From Planctomycetales bacterium (GTDB taxonomy: Bacteria > 4484-113 > JAFGCY01): DNA of 32,000 nt. Position 1 is the first letter of the stretch. The number at the start of each line of letters is the position of its first letter. This document shows positions 7,818 through 15,177 of this stretch, piece after piece. The notes beneath the pieces are model-generated. The model ran no database searches and was not told the DNA's origin. It saw only the letters and a list, made by a program, of their open reading frames with translations. The stretch covers positions 1,860,001-1,892,000 of the forward strand of contig CP060262.1 in assembly GCA_022646745.1 (NCBI GenBank). Reading direction: 5' to 3'. Both the position numbers and the translations under genes were made by a program.

Positions 7818-8231
7818 ATGGATCTGAATGCGCAGTTGTTTGAGGACAGCACGGTGTATTGCCTGCTCTGGGCCTTGCAGCATAAGGGAGAAATTGACAG
7901 GGGAATCCTCATGGAGCATGGCTTCACGGACGTGGAAGCCGCCAACATCCTTAAGGACGAGGCCGGCCGCCTGCGTGCCCTGAAGCGCCGCGTAGCCTCC
8001 GCAGCCGCAATCACTCCCGAAAGCCTGGCCGCCATGCTGCGTGCGAAGCTGAGCGAAATGCTGTCGCGCGTGGAGAAGAGCACGGAGCTGTCCAGCCTGC
8101 TGCGCAGCCTGAAGGGCCTGCCGGACTGGCTGTTCCCGCAGTGGAAGCTCGAAGCCGAAGAGCAGCGCAACCTCGATGCCCTGCGCCGACTCGCGGAGAA
8201 GTCCGGCGTGCTGCCGGCGCTTGGCGGCTGA
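7818..8231 (+). CDS. hypothetical protein (137 aa), helical, no domain recognised
   Basis: AGGGAGG RBS at 7806-7812, 5 nt before the ATG at 7818 (the GTG at 7815 is too close to the RBS). Amino-acid composition is balanced, in contrast to the R/S/P-rich antisense ORF 7793..8413. Confidence 0.7.
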   Translation: MDLNAQLFEDSTVYCLLWALQHKGEIDRGILMEHGFTDVEAANILKDEAGRLRALKRRVASAAAITPESLAAMLRAKLSEMLSRVEKSTELSSLLRSLKGLPDWLFPQWKLEAEEQRNLDALRRLAEKSGVLPALGG

Positions 8232-8374
8232 AGCCGCTCAGGCGGAGGTCCGGCGCGAGCCAGGCGCGGAGGTCGAACGCAAGCTCGGCAAATGGAGCGC
8301 GTAGCGATTGCACGCGTTTGCGTATAACAGCTGCGCATAACGATGCATCGTGCTCGTATGGGTGGTTCTGTCAA

Positions 8375-8405
8375 CGCTAAGTCGCTAAGTCGCGAAGCCG
8401 CTAAG
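8375..8405. repeat. tandem 8-mer CGCTAAGT (about 3.5 units, degenerate)
   Basis: Reads cgctaagtcgctaagtcgcgaagccgctaag. Confidence 0.8.
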
Positions 8406-8617
8406 AAGAACATGGAAAAGGAAATTGGTACCGGCGCTGCCTTGCAGCGCTAACACGAGAGAGGCATCTTCGTGCGCAATGCGATGCGAGTGGAAGGGAA
8501 TCTGAACCACCAGGGCACCAAGACACCAAGCGGAAATCATTCTCTCCCAAGCGTGATTCATCGCGCACGAAGTCACCGCTCATGCGCTGGCGGCACCGGG
8601 TGCCGCCGGTACTCTTC

Positions 8618-8668
8618 CTCATTCTGCTTCTGCTTCTGCTTCTGCTTCTCATTCTGCTTCTGCTTCTG
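8618..8668. repeat. hexamer microsatellite [CTCATT][CTGCTT]x4[CTCATT][CTGCTT]x2
   Basis: Read directly: 51 nt of exact hexamer phasing. The same CTCATTCTG word recurs at 11886-11920, and its complement at 11833-11856. Confidence 0.9.
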
Positions 8669-8677
8669 AAAATCCTC

Positions 8678-8699
8678 GTGCCCTTTGTGCCCTTTGTGC
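8678..8699. repeat. tandem 9-mer GTGCCCTTT x2.4
   Basis: Reads gtgccctttgtgccctttgtgc. Confidence 0.85.
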
Positions 8700-8769
8700 T
8701 TATTCCTAAAACCATGCCCGCAACATGCACCATCTAAAATTAATCCATCCCCCGAGGAAGGTGTTCACG

Positions 8770-10425
8770 ATGAAAGGCGCACGCAAGGTCACGCCCCCGA
8801 CTGGAACGGAACTCAGCTGCCAGGGCTGGGTGCAGGAAGCGGCTTACCGCATGATCCAGCACAACCTGGCTCCCGATGTGGCGGAGAACCCCAACGAGCT
8901 GATCGTCTACGGTGGCACCGGCCGCGTCGCACGCAACTGGCAGTGCTTCGATGACATCCTGCGCCACCTGCGTGCGCTGAAAGGTGATGAGACCCTGCTC
9001 GTGCAGTCCGGCAAGCCCGTCGGCATCTTCCGCACCCACGAGTGGGCGCCGCGCGTGCTGATCTCCAACAGCATGCTCGTGCCGCACTGGGCCACTGGCG
9101 ACAAGTTCCGCGAGCTGGAGGCCGCCGGCCTGACCATGTACGGCCAGATGACCGCCGGCAGCTGGATCTACATCGGCACCCAGGGCATCCTGCAGGGCAC
9201 ATATGAAACGCTTGCCGAGCTGGCGCGCCAGCATTTCGCCGGCAGCCTGGCCGGCACGCTGACCGTCACCGCGGGCCTCGGCGGAATGGGCGGGGCCCAG
9301 CCCCTGGCAGTCACCTTCAATGACGGCGTGGCGCTCTGTGTGGAGATTGACCACAACCGCATCATGCGCCGCATCGAGCAGAACTACCTCGACACCTGGA
9401 CCGACAGCCTCGACGAAGCACTCAGCAAGTGCGAGGAGGCCGCCAAGGCCCGCAAGGCGCTCTCGGTCGGCCTGCTTGGCAACGCCGCCGAGGTGCTGCC
9501 GGAGCTGGTCAGGCGCGGCGTGAAGGTGGACGTTGTCACCGACCAGACCAGCGCGCATGATGAACTGCACGGCTACTACCCGGCGGGCCTGTCCTTCGCG
9601 GATGCCAACGACCTGCGTGAAAAAGACCCGGCGGAGTACATCGCCCGCAGCAAGGACAGCATGGTGACGCACTGCCAGGCGATCATCGACCTGAAGAATA
9701 ATGGCGCGATCGCCTTCGATTATGGCAACAACCTGCGCGGCCAGGCGCTGGCGCATGGCCTGACTAACGCCTTTGACTACCCGGGCTTCGTGCCGGCCTA
9801 CATCCGCCCGCTGTTCTGCACCGGCACCGGCCCCTTCCGCTGGGTGGCGCTCAGTGGCGACCCGGCGGACATCCACGTGACGGACCAGGCCATCAAGGAC
9901 CTCTTCCCCGAGAAGGAGCACCTGCACCGCTGGATTGACATGGCGCAAAAGAAGGTCAGCTTCCAGGGCCTGCCCTGCCGCATCTGCTGGCTGGGCTATG
10001 GTGAGCGCGACCTCGCCGGCCTGCTGTTCAACGACCTCGTCAAGCGCGGCAAGGTCAAGGCCCCGATCGTGATCGGGCGCGACCATCTCGACAGCGGCTC
10101 CGTTGCCAGCCCCAACCGTGAGACGGAGGCGATGAAGGACGGCAGCGATGCCATCGGCGACTGGCCGATACTCAACGCGCTTGTCAACAGCGTCAGCGGT
10201 GCGAGCTGGGTCAGCGTGCACCACGGCGGTGGCGTTGGCATCGGCTACAGCCTGCATGCGGGCATGGTGGTCGTGGCGGACGGCACGGATTCCCAGGCGG
10301 AAAAACTGCAGCGCGTGCTGACAACGGACCCGGGCACGGGTGTGATGCGCCACGCCGATGCGGGCTACGAGGACGCCATCGAATGCGCCAAGGAACGGGA
10401 TGCTAGGGTGAGTGGAGTGATATAA
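8770..10425 (+). CDS. hutU: urocanate hydratase
   Basis: Full-length match to the urocanase pattern ([82 protein letters not shown]). I chose the ATG at 8770 because GAGGAAGG lies just upstream. Confidence 0.95.
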   Translation: MKGARKVTPPTGTELSCQGWVQEAAYRMIQHNLAPDVAENPNELIVYGGTGRVARNWQCFDDILRHLRALKGDETLLVQSGKPVGIFRTHEWAPRVLISNSMLVPHWATGDKFRELEAAGLTMYGQMTAGSWIYIGTQGILQGTYETLAELARQHFAGSLAGTLTVTAGLGGMGGAQPLAVTFNDGVALCVEIDHNRIMRRIEQNYLDTWTDSLDEALSKCEEAAKARKALSVGLLGNAAEVLPELVRRGVKVDVVTDQTSAHDELHGYYPAGLSFADANDLREKDPAEYIARSKDSMVTHCQAIIDLKNNGAIAFDYGNNLRGQALAHGLTNAFDYPGFVPAYIRPLFCTGTGPFRWVALSGDPADIHVTDQAIKDLFPEKEHLHRWIDMAQKKVSFQGLPCRICWLGYGERDLAGLLFNDLVKRGKVKAPIVIGRDHLDSGSVASPNRETEAMKDGSDAIGDWPILNALVNSVSGASWVSVHHGGGVGIGYSLHAGMVVVADGTDSQAEKLQRVLTTDPGTGVMRHADAGYEDAIECAKERDARVSGVI

Positions 10426-10454
10426 CCCGAAACCCGATCCCGCCGCACCTCAGC

Positions 10455-10460
10455 TATCAT
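10455..10460 (+). promoter_or_regulatory. -10-like TATCAT, 6 nt upstream of the DUF1801 ATG (leaderless candidate)
   Basis: The sequence is TATCAT-caagtc-ATG, with no purine-rich SD in between. Confidence 0.3.
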
Positions 10461-10466
10461 CAAGTC

Positions 10467-10898
10467 ATGGCAGGCAAGTCAGAGAACAAGACCAAGGCCA
10501 CCGAAGTCTCGGTGGACAGCTTTCTCGCGGGAGTCAGTGATGCAAAGAAGCGTGCGGATGCCGACACGCTCGTGGCACTGATGAAGCGCATCACCAAGAA
10601 GGAAGCGCAGATGTGGGGGCCGAGCATCATTGGCTTCGACAGCTACCATTACCGCTATGACAGCGGGCGGGAAGGGGACATGTGCGCGCTGGGCTTCTCG
10701 CCGCGCAAGGACAGCCTCAGCGTCTATGTGCTCGACGGCCTCGATAACTACGGCGATGCGCTGGCAAAGCTCGGGCCGCATAAGATCGGCAAGAGCTGCC
10801 TGTACATCAAGCGCCTCAGCGATGTGGACATGAAGGTGCTGGAGAAGATCCTGCGCGACTCATACAAGTACGTGAAGCAGAACCTGGATGTGAAGTAA
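10467..10898 (+). CDS. DUF1801 (YdhG-like) domain protein
   Basis: 143 aa with typical features: VDSFLAGV..., MWGPSIIGFDSYHYRYDSGREGDM..LGFSPRKDSLSVYV, CLYIKRLSDVD. Confidence 0.75.
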   Translation: MAGKSENKTKATEVSVDSFLAGVSDAKKRADADTLVALMKRITKKEAQMWGPSIIGFDSYHYRYDSGREGDMCALGFSPRKDSLSVYVLDGLDNYGDALAKLGPHKIGKSCLYIKRLSDVDMKVLEKILRDSYKYVKQNLDVK

Positions 10899-10900
10899 GA

Positions 10901-10976
10901 GAGGGATCAGGGACCTGGGACCGGGGATCAGTCACCAGGGAACAGGGAACGGGGAACAGGGAACAGGGAACAGGGC
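10901..10976. repeat. G-rich word tract (GGGATCA / GGGACC / GGGAACA iterated)
   Basis: Starts 3 nt after the stop codon. GGGAACA is repeated about 5 times at 10937-10975. The same words recur at 17137-17166, and the complement gttccctgttccctg occurs at 11862-11876. Confidence 0.85.
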
Positions 10977-11021
10977 GGAAGTATTCTGGGCTATTCGTCA
11001 GGCCGAGGCGAAGAATCCTTG

Positions 11022-11058
11022 GCAAGGCCGGAGGCCGCGCAGCACGCCTCCGTCGTGG
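11022..11058 (-). repeat. 37-nt dispersed element, copy A (inverted relative to copies B and C)
   Basis: The reverse complement reads ccacgacggaggcgtgctgcgcggcctccggccttgc. Copy B reads ccacgccacaggcgtgttgcgcggcctccggccttgc. Confidence 0.8.
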
Positions 11059-11097
11059 AAATGGAATGCCGTTGGTCAGGCGCGTACAGTTTGACAA

Positions 11098-11178
11098 CAC
11101 AGAGATCCACAGAGTTCCACAGAAATTGGCAATGTCATGATCCTGGTTTCCTCTGTGTATCTCTGTGGAACTCTGTGG
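11098..11178. repeat. word-built hairpin (CCACAGAG arm / CTCTGTGG arm)
   Basis: Left arm is cacagagatccacagagttccacagaaa. Right arm is tttcctctgtgtatctctgtggaactctgtgg. Pairing is imperfect and several registers are possible. Confidence 0.75.
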
Positions 11179-11285
11179 TTAATGACTCCGTGTTCTCCTC
11201 CAGCTCCATAACCCGCCTGGGTCTGGGCCTCCGATTGTGCGACTTGCGCCGCACCTCCGTCTCTCCCTCCGCTATCCTCTTCCCC

Positions 11286-11789
11286 ATGGAAATCACCGGC
11301 ACCATCCTCGAGCGCAGCCGCGCGATCCAGTTCAGCAGGCGTTACCTGCTGGGCTGTCTTGACCAGATCACGGACGAAGCGCTTGACTTCCGGCTCACGC
11401 CGCCGAATGGTCAACTGACCTACAGCATCCGTGAGCACCTGCTGCACCTCGCCGATGAGGGGGAGCTCTGCGTCTGGCTCAGCAAGCACAAGCGAGACAT
11501 GCCGGACGATGCCTGGCGGGTGAAACCCAATGGCGACGGCAGCTGGACCGTGCAGGGTGACTGGCCGACGCGAGACAGCATTCGCACCGAACTTGAAAAG
11601 AGCTGGGCCATGCAGGATGAATTCTTCTGCGGCCGCCCGGCCACGGAGATTGACGCCGTAATTTCCGACACGCACCCGCAGCTAATCTGGGAGGCGATCG
11701 ACTGGCTGCTGATCCATGAAAGCCAGCACCGCGGCCAGGTGATGACGCTCGTCCGTATGGCGGGCTTCGAACCACCGAAATGGCAGTGA
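11286..11789 (+). CDS. DinB-family (DinB_2 / DUF664-like) metal-dependent protein, paralog 1
   Basis: Contains SIREHLLHLADEG...LIHESQHRGQVMTLVRMAGFEPP, the His-triad pattern of DinB four-helix bundles. I chose the ATG at 11286; the track ORF's first 89 codons run through the repeat elements. Confidence 0.8.
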   Translation: MEITGTILERSRAIQFSRRYLLGCLDQITDEALDFRLTPPNGQLTYSIREHLLHLADEGELCVWLSKHKRDMPDDAWRVKPNGDGSWTVQGDWPTRDSIRTELEKSWAMQDEFFCGRPATEIDAVISDTHPQLIWEAIDWLLIHESQHRGQVMTLVRMAGFEPPKWQ

Positions 11790-11949
11790 ACAGTGGTCAG
11801 TAGGCAGTGGTCAGTAGTCAGGTGAAGTTGGCAGAATCAGAATGAGAATGAGCAGATTCAGTTCCCTGTTCCCTGAAACCCCGATCTGCTCATTCCGCTT
11901 CTCATTCTGTTTCTCGTTCTGATCACTGCCCACTGACTACTCACCACTG
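11790..11949. repeat. ~160-nt imperfect palindrome built from nested words, filling the DinB1-DinB2 spacer
   Basis: Word order is CAGTGGTCAGTAG.. / CAGAATGAGAATGAGCAG / gttccctgttccctg (centre) / CTGCTCATTC..CTCATTCTG / ..CTACTCACCACTG. The arms are ~75-80% complementary by hand alignment. Confidence 0.8.
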
Positions 11950-11952
11950 TTC

Positions 11953-11958
11953 TATACT
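11953..11958 (+). promoter_or_regulatory. -10-like TATACT, 6 nt upstream of the DinB2 ATG (leaderless candidate)
   Basis: The sequence is TATACT-catccc-ATG, with no SD. Confidence 0.35.
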
Positions 11959-11964
11959 CATCCC

Positions 11965-12453
11965 ATGATCAGCCGCTGCACTGAATTCGACTTCGTTACC
12001 TTCGGCCGCGAATATTTGCTCATCGCACTTGAGCGCTGCACCCCGGAGGTGCTGGACTTCCGCCCGGATGCAGGGGAGCATCGCATGTATTCAATCCGTG
12101 AGCACTTCCTGCACATCGCCGACATCGGCGAGCAATATGTCAACGTGAACTTCGTCGGCTTCTGCACCATGGACGCACACATGCGCCTGGCCTCAAAGGG
12201 CATGGGCAAGGAGTTCTGGGTGAACGGAGATTTCCCTGACAACGCGAGCATCAGGGCGGAACTGGAAAAGAGCTGGCAGCTGCAGGACGAGGTTGTTTTC
12301 GACAGACCGGTGGAGGACCTTCTGAAGCCGGCCACCCTGCGCGGTTCGACGCTGGCCGAGGAGCTGAGCTGGTTCATCTTTCACGAAAGCCAGCACCGTG
12401 GCCAGATCATGACCCTGATGCGCCTCGCCGGTGTGGAGCCACCGGCATGGTAG
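11965..12453 (+). CDS. DinB-family protein, paralog 2
   Basis: Contains SIREHFLHIADIGEQ...FHESQHRGQIMTLMRLAGVEPP. It is collinear with paralogs 1 and 3. Confidence 0.85.
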   Translation: MISRCTEFDFVTFGREYLLIALERCTPEVLDFRPDAGEHRMYSIREHFLHIADIGEQYVNVNFVGFCTMDAHMRLASKGMGKEFWVNGDFPDNASIRAELEKSWQLQDEVVFDRPVEDLLKPATLRGSTLAEELSWFIFHESQHRGQIMTLMRLAGVEPPAW

Positions 12454-12459
12454 CTGCAG

Positions 12460-14385
12460 TTACTGCACCGGGTTGTATCTCACGATGGCGGTGGCACTGT
12501 TGTCAAAGTTGTCGACATCTGCCGTGCCGGGGCTGTCAACGATCACGAGCCTGTCCTCACTGCTGCTCACGTAATCCCCGAGCTCACTGAACACCACGGC
12601 CGTATCAGACAGAGTGATGAGACCGCTGCCATCGGAGCTCGACAGCCCGAAACTGCCGTAGCGCGGGACAAGATCCGAACAGCGTGAGCTCGGATAGATG
12701 CCACCGGTGAAGAAGTAGCCACCGTCAGGCGCAGCCATTACGAAGCCGAACGCTGAGCTGAGCTGCAGATTTCCCTGGTATGCCAGGTCTGAAGCAGCGA
12801 ACCTGAAGATCGTGTTGTATATGGTGAATCCCTGCTGGACATTCCCGAACAGGCGCAGGCCGCCTTCGCCGTCATTCTCGATCCGGGCCATGCCGTACAG
12901 GAATTCCGGCAGGCTTGCATGGAACTGTGTGGCCGCGGAGACCGTTCCGTCGGTGGCAATCCTGCAAAGCACAGCACCACGGTCTTCCGGCGTGCCAAGG
13001 CCGCTGCCGGGTGTTGTTTCCAGCATGCAGAGCAGCAGCTTGCCGTCGGATTCAAGGCTCATCACACCAGTGGAGCTGGTACTGTCATTCGACCAGTACT
13101 TTGCATACTGCGCAGCTCCCGCGCTGTCCAGCTTCGCCAGGAACAACCCGTCGGTGATTCCCACCTCACCCTTCAGGTGAACGCTGTCGTCATCGGGATC
13201 ACAGAGGATCTGCAGGGGGCGTTCGTCACGGAATGTCGGTTCGACCAGTTTATTCCACAGCAGGTTGCCATCCGTTGAAAGCTTGAGGATGTATGAAAAC
13301 TGGGTCACGTCAGGCTTGGGAGCGACTCCGGCCCAGGCGCTGTTGCCGATCACCAGAACGTTGCCACTGCCATCCACAGCGATCCCATTGGGCATCTCCT
13401 GTTCAGGTCCAGTCAGGCGCGTGGCCCAGATGATCTCGAGGTTGCTGGTGAGCTTGATCACCGCAATGTCACCCTTGTCTCCCTGGCTCAGTTCATCGCG
13501 GATGGATGCCGTCACATAGATATCACCGTTGGCGGCGAGCGCCATGTAGGGCCTGTCAACGACCGGTGATGTGAGTGTCTCATCGTCCAGCCTGATCTCC
13601 TTCGCATCAAGCAGGTTGCCGGACTGGTCGTATCTCAGCAGCAGGTCGTAGAACTCCGCCTGCGGCTGGCTGACGTTGGAGCGCCCGATGCTCATCAGCC
13701 TGCCAGCGCTATCCTGCATGAACATGATCGGCTGGTCGGTTGCCGGAGAGCCCACACTGGAATCGAAGCTGTGCAGCCAACCATCGAGCAGCGGCACAGG
13801 GTAATCCTCCAGGCGCATCTGTGACACGGTGGCACTCCCGTTCCAGGCAACGACAGCCAGGTGGGCCTTTCCAGCCGGGCTGCTGAAAGTGCCATAGGGC
13901 TCGCTCAGCTCCATTGAATCGGAACCTGGGGCAGCGAAGCGCCAGCGGCCGGTGGAGTAGTCGGCGATTGCCAGGAATACCTGCGCTCCGGCATCGGGTT
14001 CGCCAGAGAGCACATAGCTGCAGCCGGTGGCGCGGCAGATCGCGGGAAAGTCATACTGGTAGATGGCCCATGAGTACTCCCCGGTTCCGGCAATCAGGTG
14101 CAGAGTGCCTCCGGAATCCATTGCCATGGCATCCTTCAGCAGGTACTGCGATCCGAGCCGGTTGTTGGTCCCGCTGCTGACTTTCGTTGCTGCATCATCA
14201 AGCAGCAATGGAGATGGCAGCCCGGCGAATTCCGGTGCCTGGATGCTGGCTGGATCCGGATGCTGATCCCGGAGTTCCGAGCCGGTCGAACATGACAGGC
14301 AGAGCAACATCCCGGCAATGCTGGCAAGGCTGCAGAGGACACTGAACAGCGTTCGAAAGTCCACAAACCACTTCATTCCTGTCAT
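12460..14385 (-). CDS. secreted or membrane-anchored beta-propeller-repeat protein (SBBP/PQQ-like blades)
   Basis: I chose the ATG at 14385 (GGGAGA 6 nt upstream). The longer track ORF would overlap the DinB3 start. The N-terminus is hydrophobic (MKWFVDFRTLFSVLCSLASIAGMLLCLSCS). Blade-like motifs recur: DSAGRLMSIG, DQSGNLLDA, ANGDIYVTAS, DGSGNVLVIGNS, STDGNLLWN, ESDGKLLLC, ATDGTVSAA. Confidence 0.75.
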   Translation of the reverse strand: MTGMKWFVDFRTLFSVLCSLASIAGMLLCLSCSTGSELRDQHPDPASIQAPEFAGLPSPLLLDDAATKVSSGTNNRLGSQYLLKDAMAMDSGGTLHLIAGTGEYSWAIYQYDFPAICRATGCSYVLSGEPDAGAQVFLAIADYSTGRWRFAAPGSDSMELSEPYGTFSSPAGKAHLAVVAWNGSATVSQMRLEDYPVPLLDGWLHSFDSSVGSPATDQPIMFMQDSAGRLMSIGRSNVSQPQAEFYDLLLRYDQSGNLLDAKEIRLDDETLTSPVVDRPYMALAANGDIYVTASIRDELSQGDKGDIAVIKLTSNLEIIWATRLTGPEQEMPNGIAVDGSGNVLVIGNSAWAGVAPKPDVTQFSYILKLSTDGNLLWNKLVEPTFRDERPLQILCDPDDDSVHLKGEVGITDGLFLAKLDSAGAAQYAKYWSNDSTSSTGVMSLESDGKLLLCMLETTPGSGLGTPEDRGAVLCRIATDGTVSAATQFHASLPEFLYGMARIENDGEGGLRLFGNVQQGFTIYNTIFRFAASDLAYQGNLQLSSAFGFVMAAPDGGYFFTGGIYPSSRCSDLVPRYGSFGLSSSDGSGLITLSDTAVVFSELGDYVSSSEDRLVIVDSPGTADVDNFDNSATAIVRYNPVQ

Positions 14386-14482
14386 CTGGATTCTCCCGCA
14401 GCGGAATCCAGTCAGTTCGCTGGTCCCGCAATAGTTGGCCAATCGGCTAGGATAGCACGCAGGCAAGTGGTGATACCGCTCA

Positions 14483-14488
14483 TATAAT
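14483..14488 (+). promoter_or_regulatory. perfect TATAAT, 6 nt upstream of the DinB3 ATG (leaderless candidate)
   Basis: The sequence is TATAAT-ttctgt-ATG, with no SD. Confidence 0.35.
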
Positions 14489-14494
14489 TTCTGT

Positions 14495-14989
14495 ATGGCA
14501 GGACCATGCACAGAGTTGAACCTCATCCATTTCGGCCGCTCATATCTGCAAAAGGCGCTCGATAACAGCGCGGGCGTGCTGGACTTCCGCCCGCAGGCAG
14601 TGGCTATGGCGGCCGGTCAGCGGCTGTTCTCGATCCGCGAGCACTTCCTGCACATCGCTGACATCGGCGAGGTGTTCATTCTCGAGTCCGTGCTCGGCGA
14701 GCACAAGCCTCGCGGCAGCTGGCGCGTGATCTACGAGGACCGTGGCGGATTCAGCCTCGGTGGTGAATACCCGGATGTCGCGAGCATCCGCTCTGAGCTG
14801 GAGGCAAGCTGGGCCTTCCAGGATGAGCACCTGCTGTCCCGGCCGCAGGCGGAACTTGCAAATGCAGTCGGGCATCGCGGACGGACACTGGCGGAGGAGC
14901 TCGGCTGGCTGGTGTTCCACGAGAGCCAGCACCGCGGGCAGATCCTCACACTGATGCGGGAAGCCGGAGCGGAACCGCCACATTGGTAG
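14495..14989 (+). CDS. DinB-family protein, paralog 3
   Basis: Contains SIREHFLHIADIGEV...FHESQHRGQILTLMREAGAEPP. Confidence 0.85.
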   Translation: MAGPCTELNLIHFGRSYLQKALDNSAGVLDFRPQAVAMAAGQRLFSIREHFLHIADIGEVFILESVLGEHKPRGSWRVIYEDRGGFSLGGEYPDVASIRSELEASWAFQDEHLLSRPQAELANAVGHRGRTLAEELGWLVFHESQHRGQILTLMREAGAEPPHW

Positions 14990-15054
14990 GCTTGTAAGGT
15001 AACAGGAGCTGGGTTGTCGGCACTGGCGGAGGCCAGGCAGTTTGCCTGTCTCCA

Positions 15055-15146
15055 TTGCCAAGCTTGCAGCTTGGCAACCATTGTGCGGCTTGCACCTTTG
15101 ATGAAGCAGATTCGAAGCCCCTTCATTGCCAGGCTTACAGCCTGGC
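15055..15146. repeat. pair of related perfect hairpins between convergent genes
   Basis: TTGCCAAGCT-tgc-AGCTTGGCAA at 15055-15077 (10-bp stem). GCCAGGCT-tac-AGCCTGGC at 15128-15146 (8-bp stem). Both are preceded by the same cattgcca context. A smaller hairpin CAGGC..GCCTG lies at 15034-15048. Confidence 0.8.
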
Positions 15147-15177
15147 CTCCAATGGCATAGCTGCGCAACGCATCCTG

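Noticed and set aside
8401-8733. 110-aa ORF (RSRSRMRSRSRSRSRM...) on the - strand
   Set aside because: It is simply the translation of the CTGCTT/CTCATT hexamer array and the neighbouring repeats.
8740-10353. 537-aa ORF on the - strand
   Set aside because: It is antisense to hutU, whose identity is unambiguous. Same shadow-ORF composition.
11019-11285. N-terminal 89-codon extension of the DinB1 ORF
   Set aside because: The extension is read through the 37-nt element and the CCACAGAG hairpin. Homology with the two paralogs begins at the ATG at 11286.
10901-11949. Possible CRISPR array, given the many short repeats
   Set aside because: The repeats are 6-9-nt words in direct tandem or inverted arms. 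They are not 25-40-nt constant repeats separated by unique spacers of similar length, and there are no cas genes in the window.
14386-14526. N-terminal 47-codon extension of the beta-propeller ORF
   Set aside because: It would overlap the divergent DinB3 start. The ATG at 14385 has a GGGAGA RBS and immediately precedes the hydrophobic signal segment.
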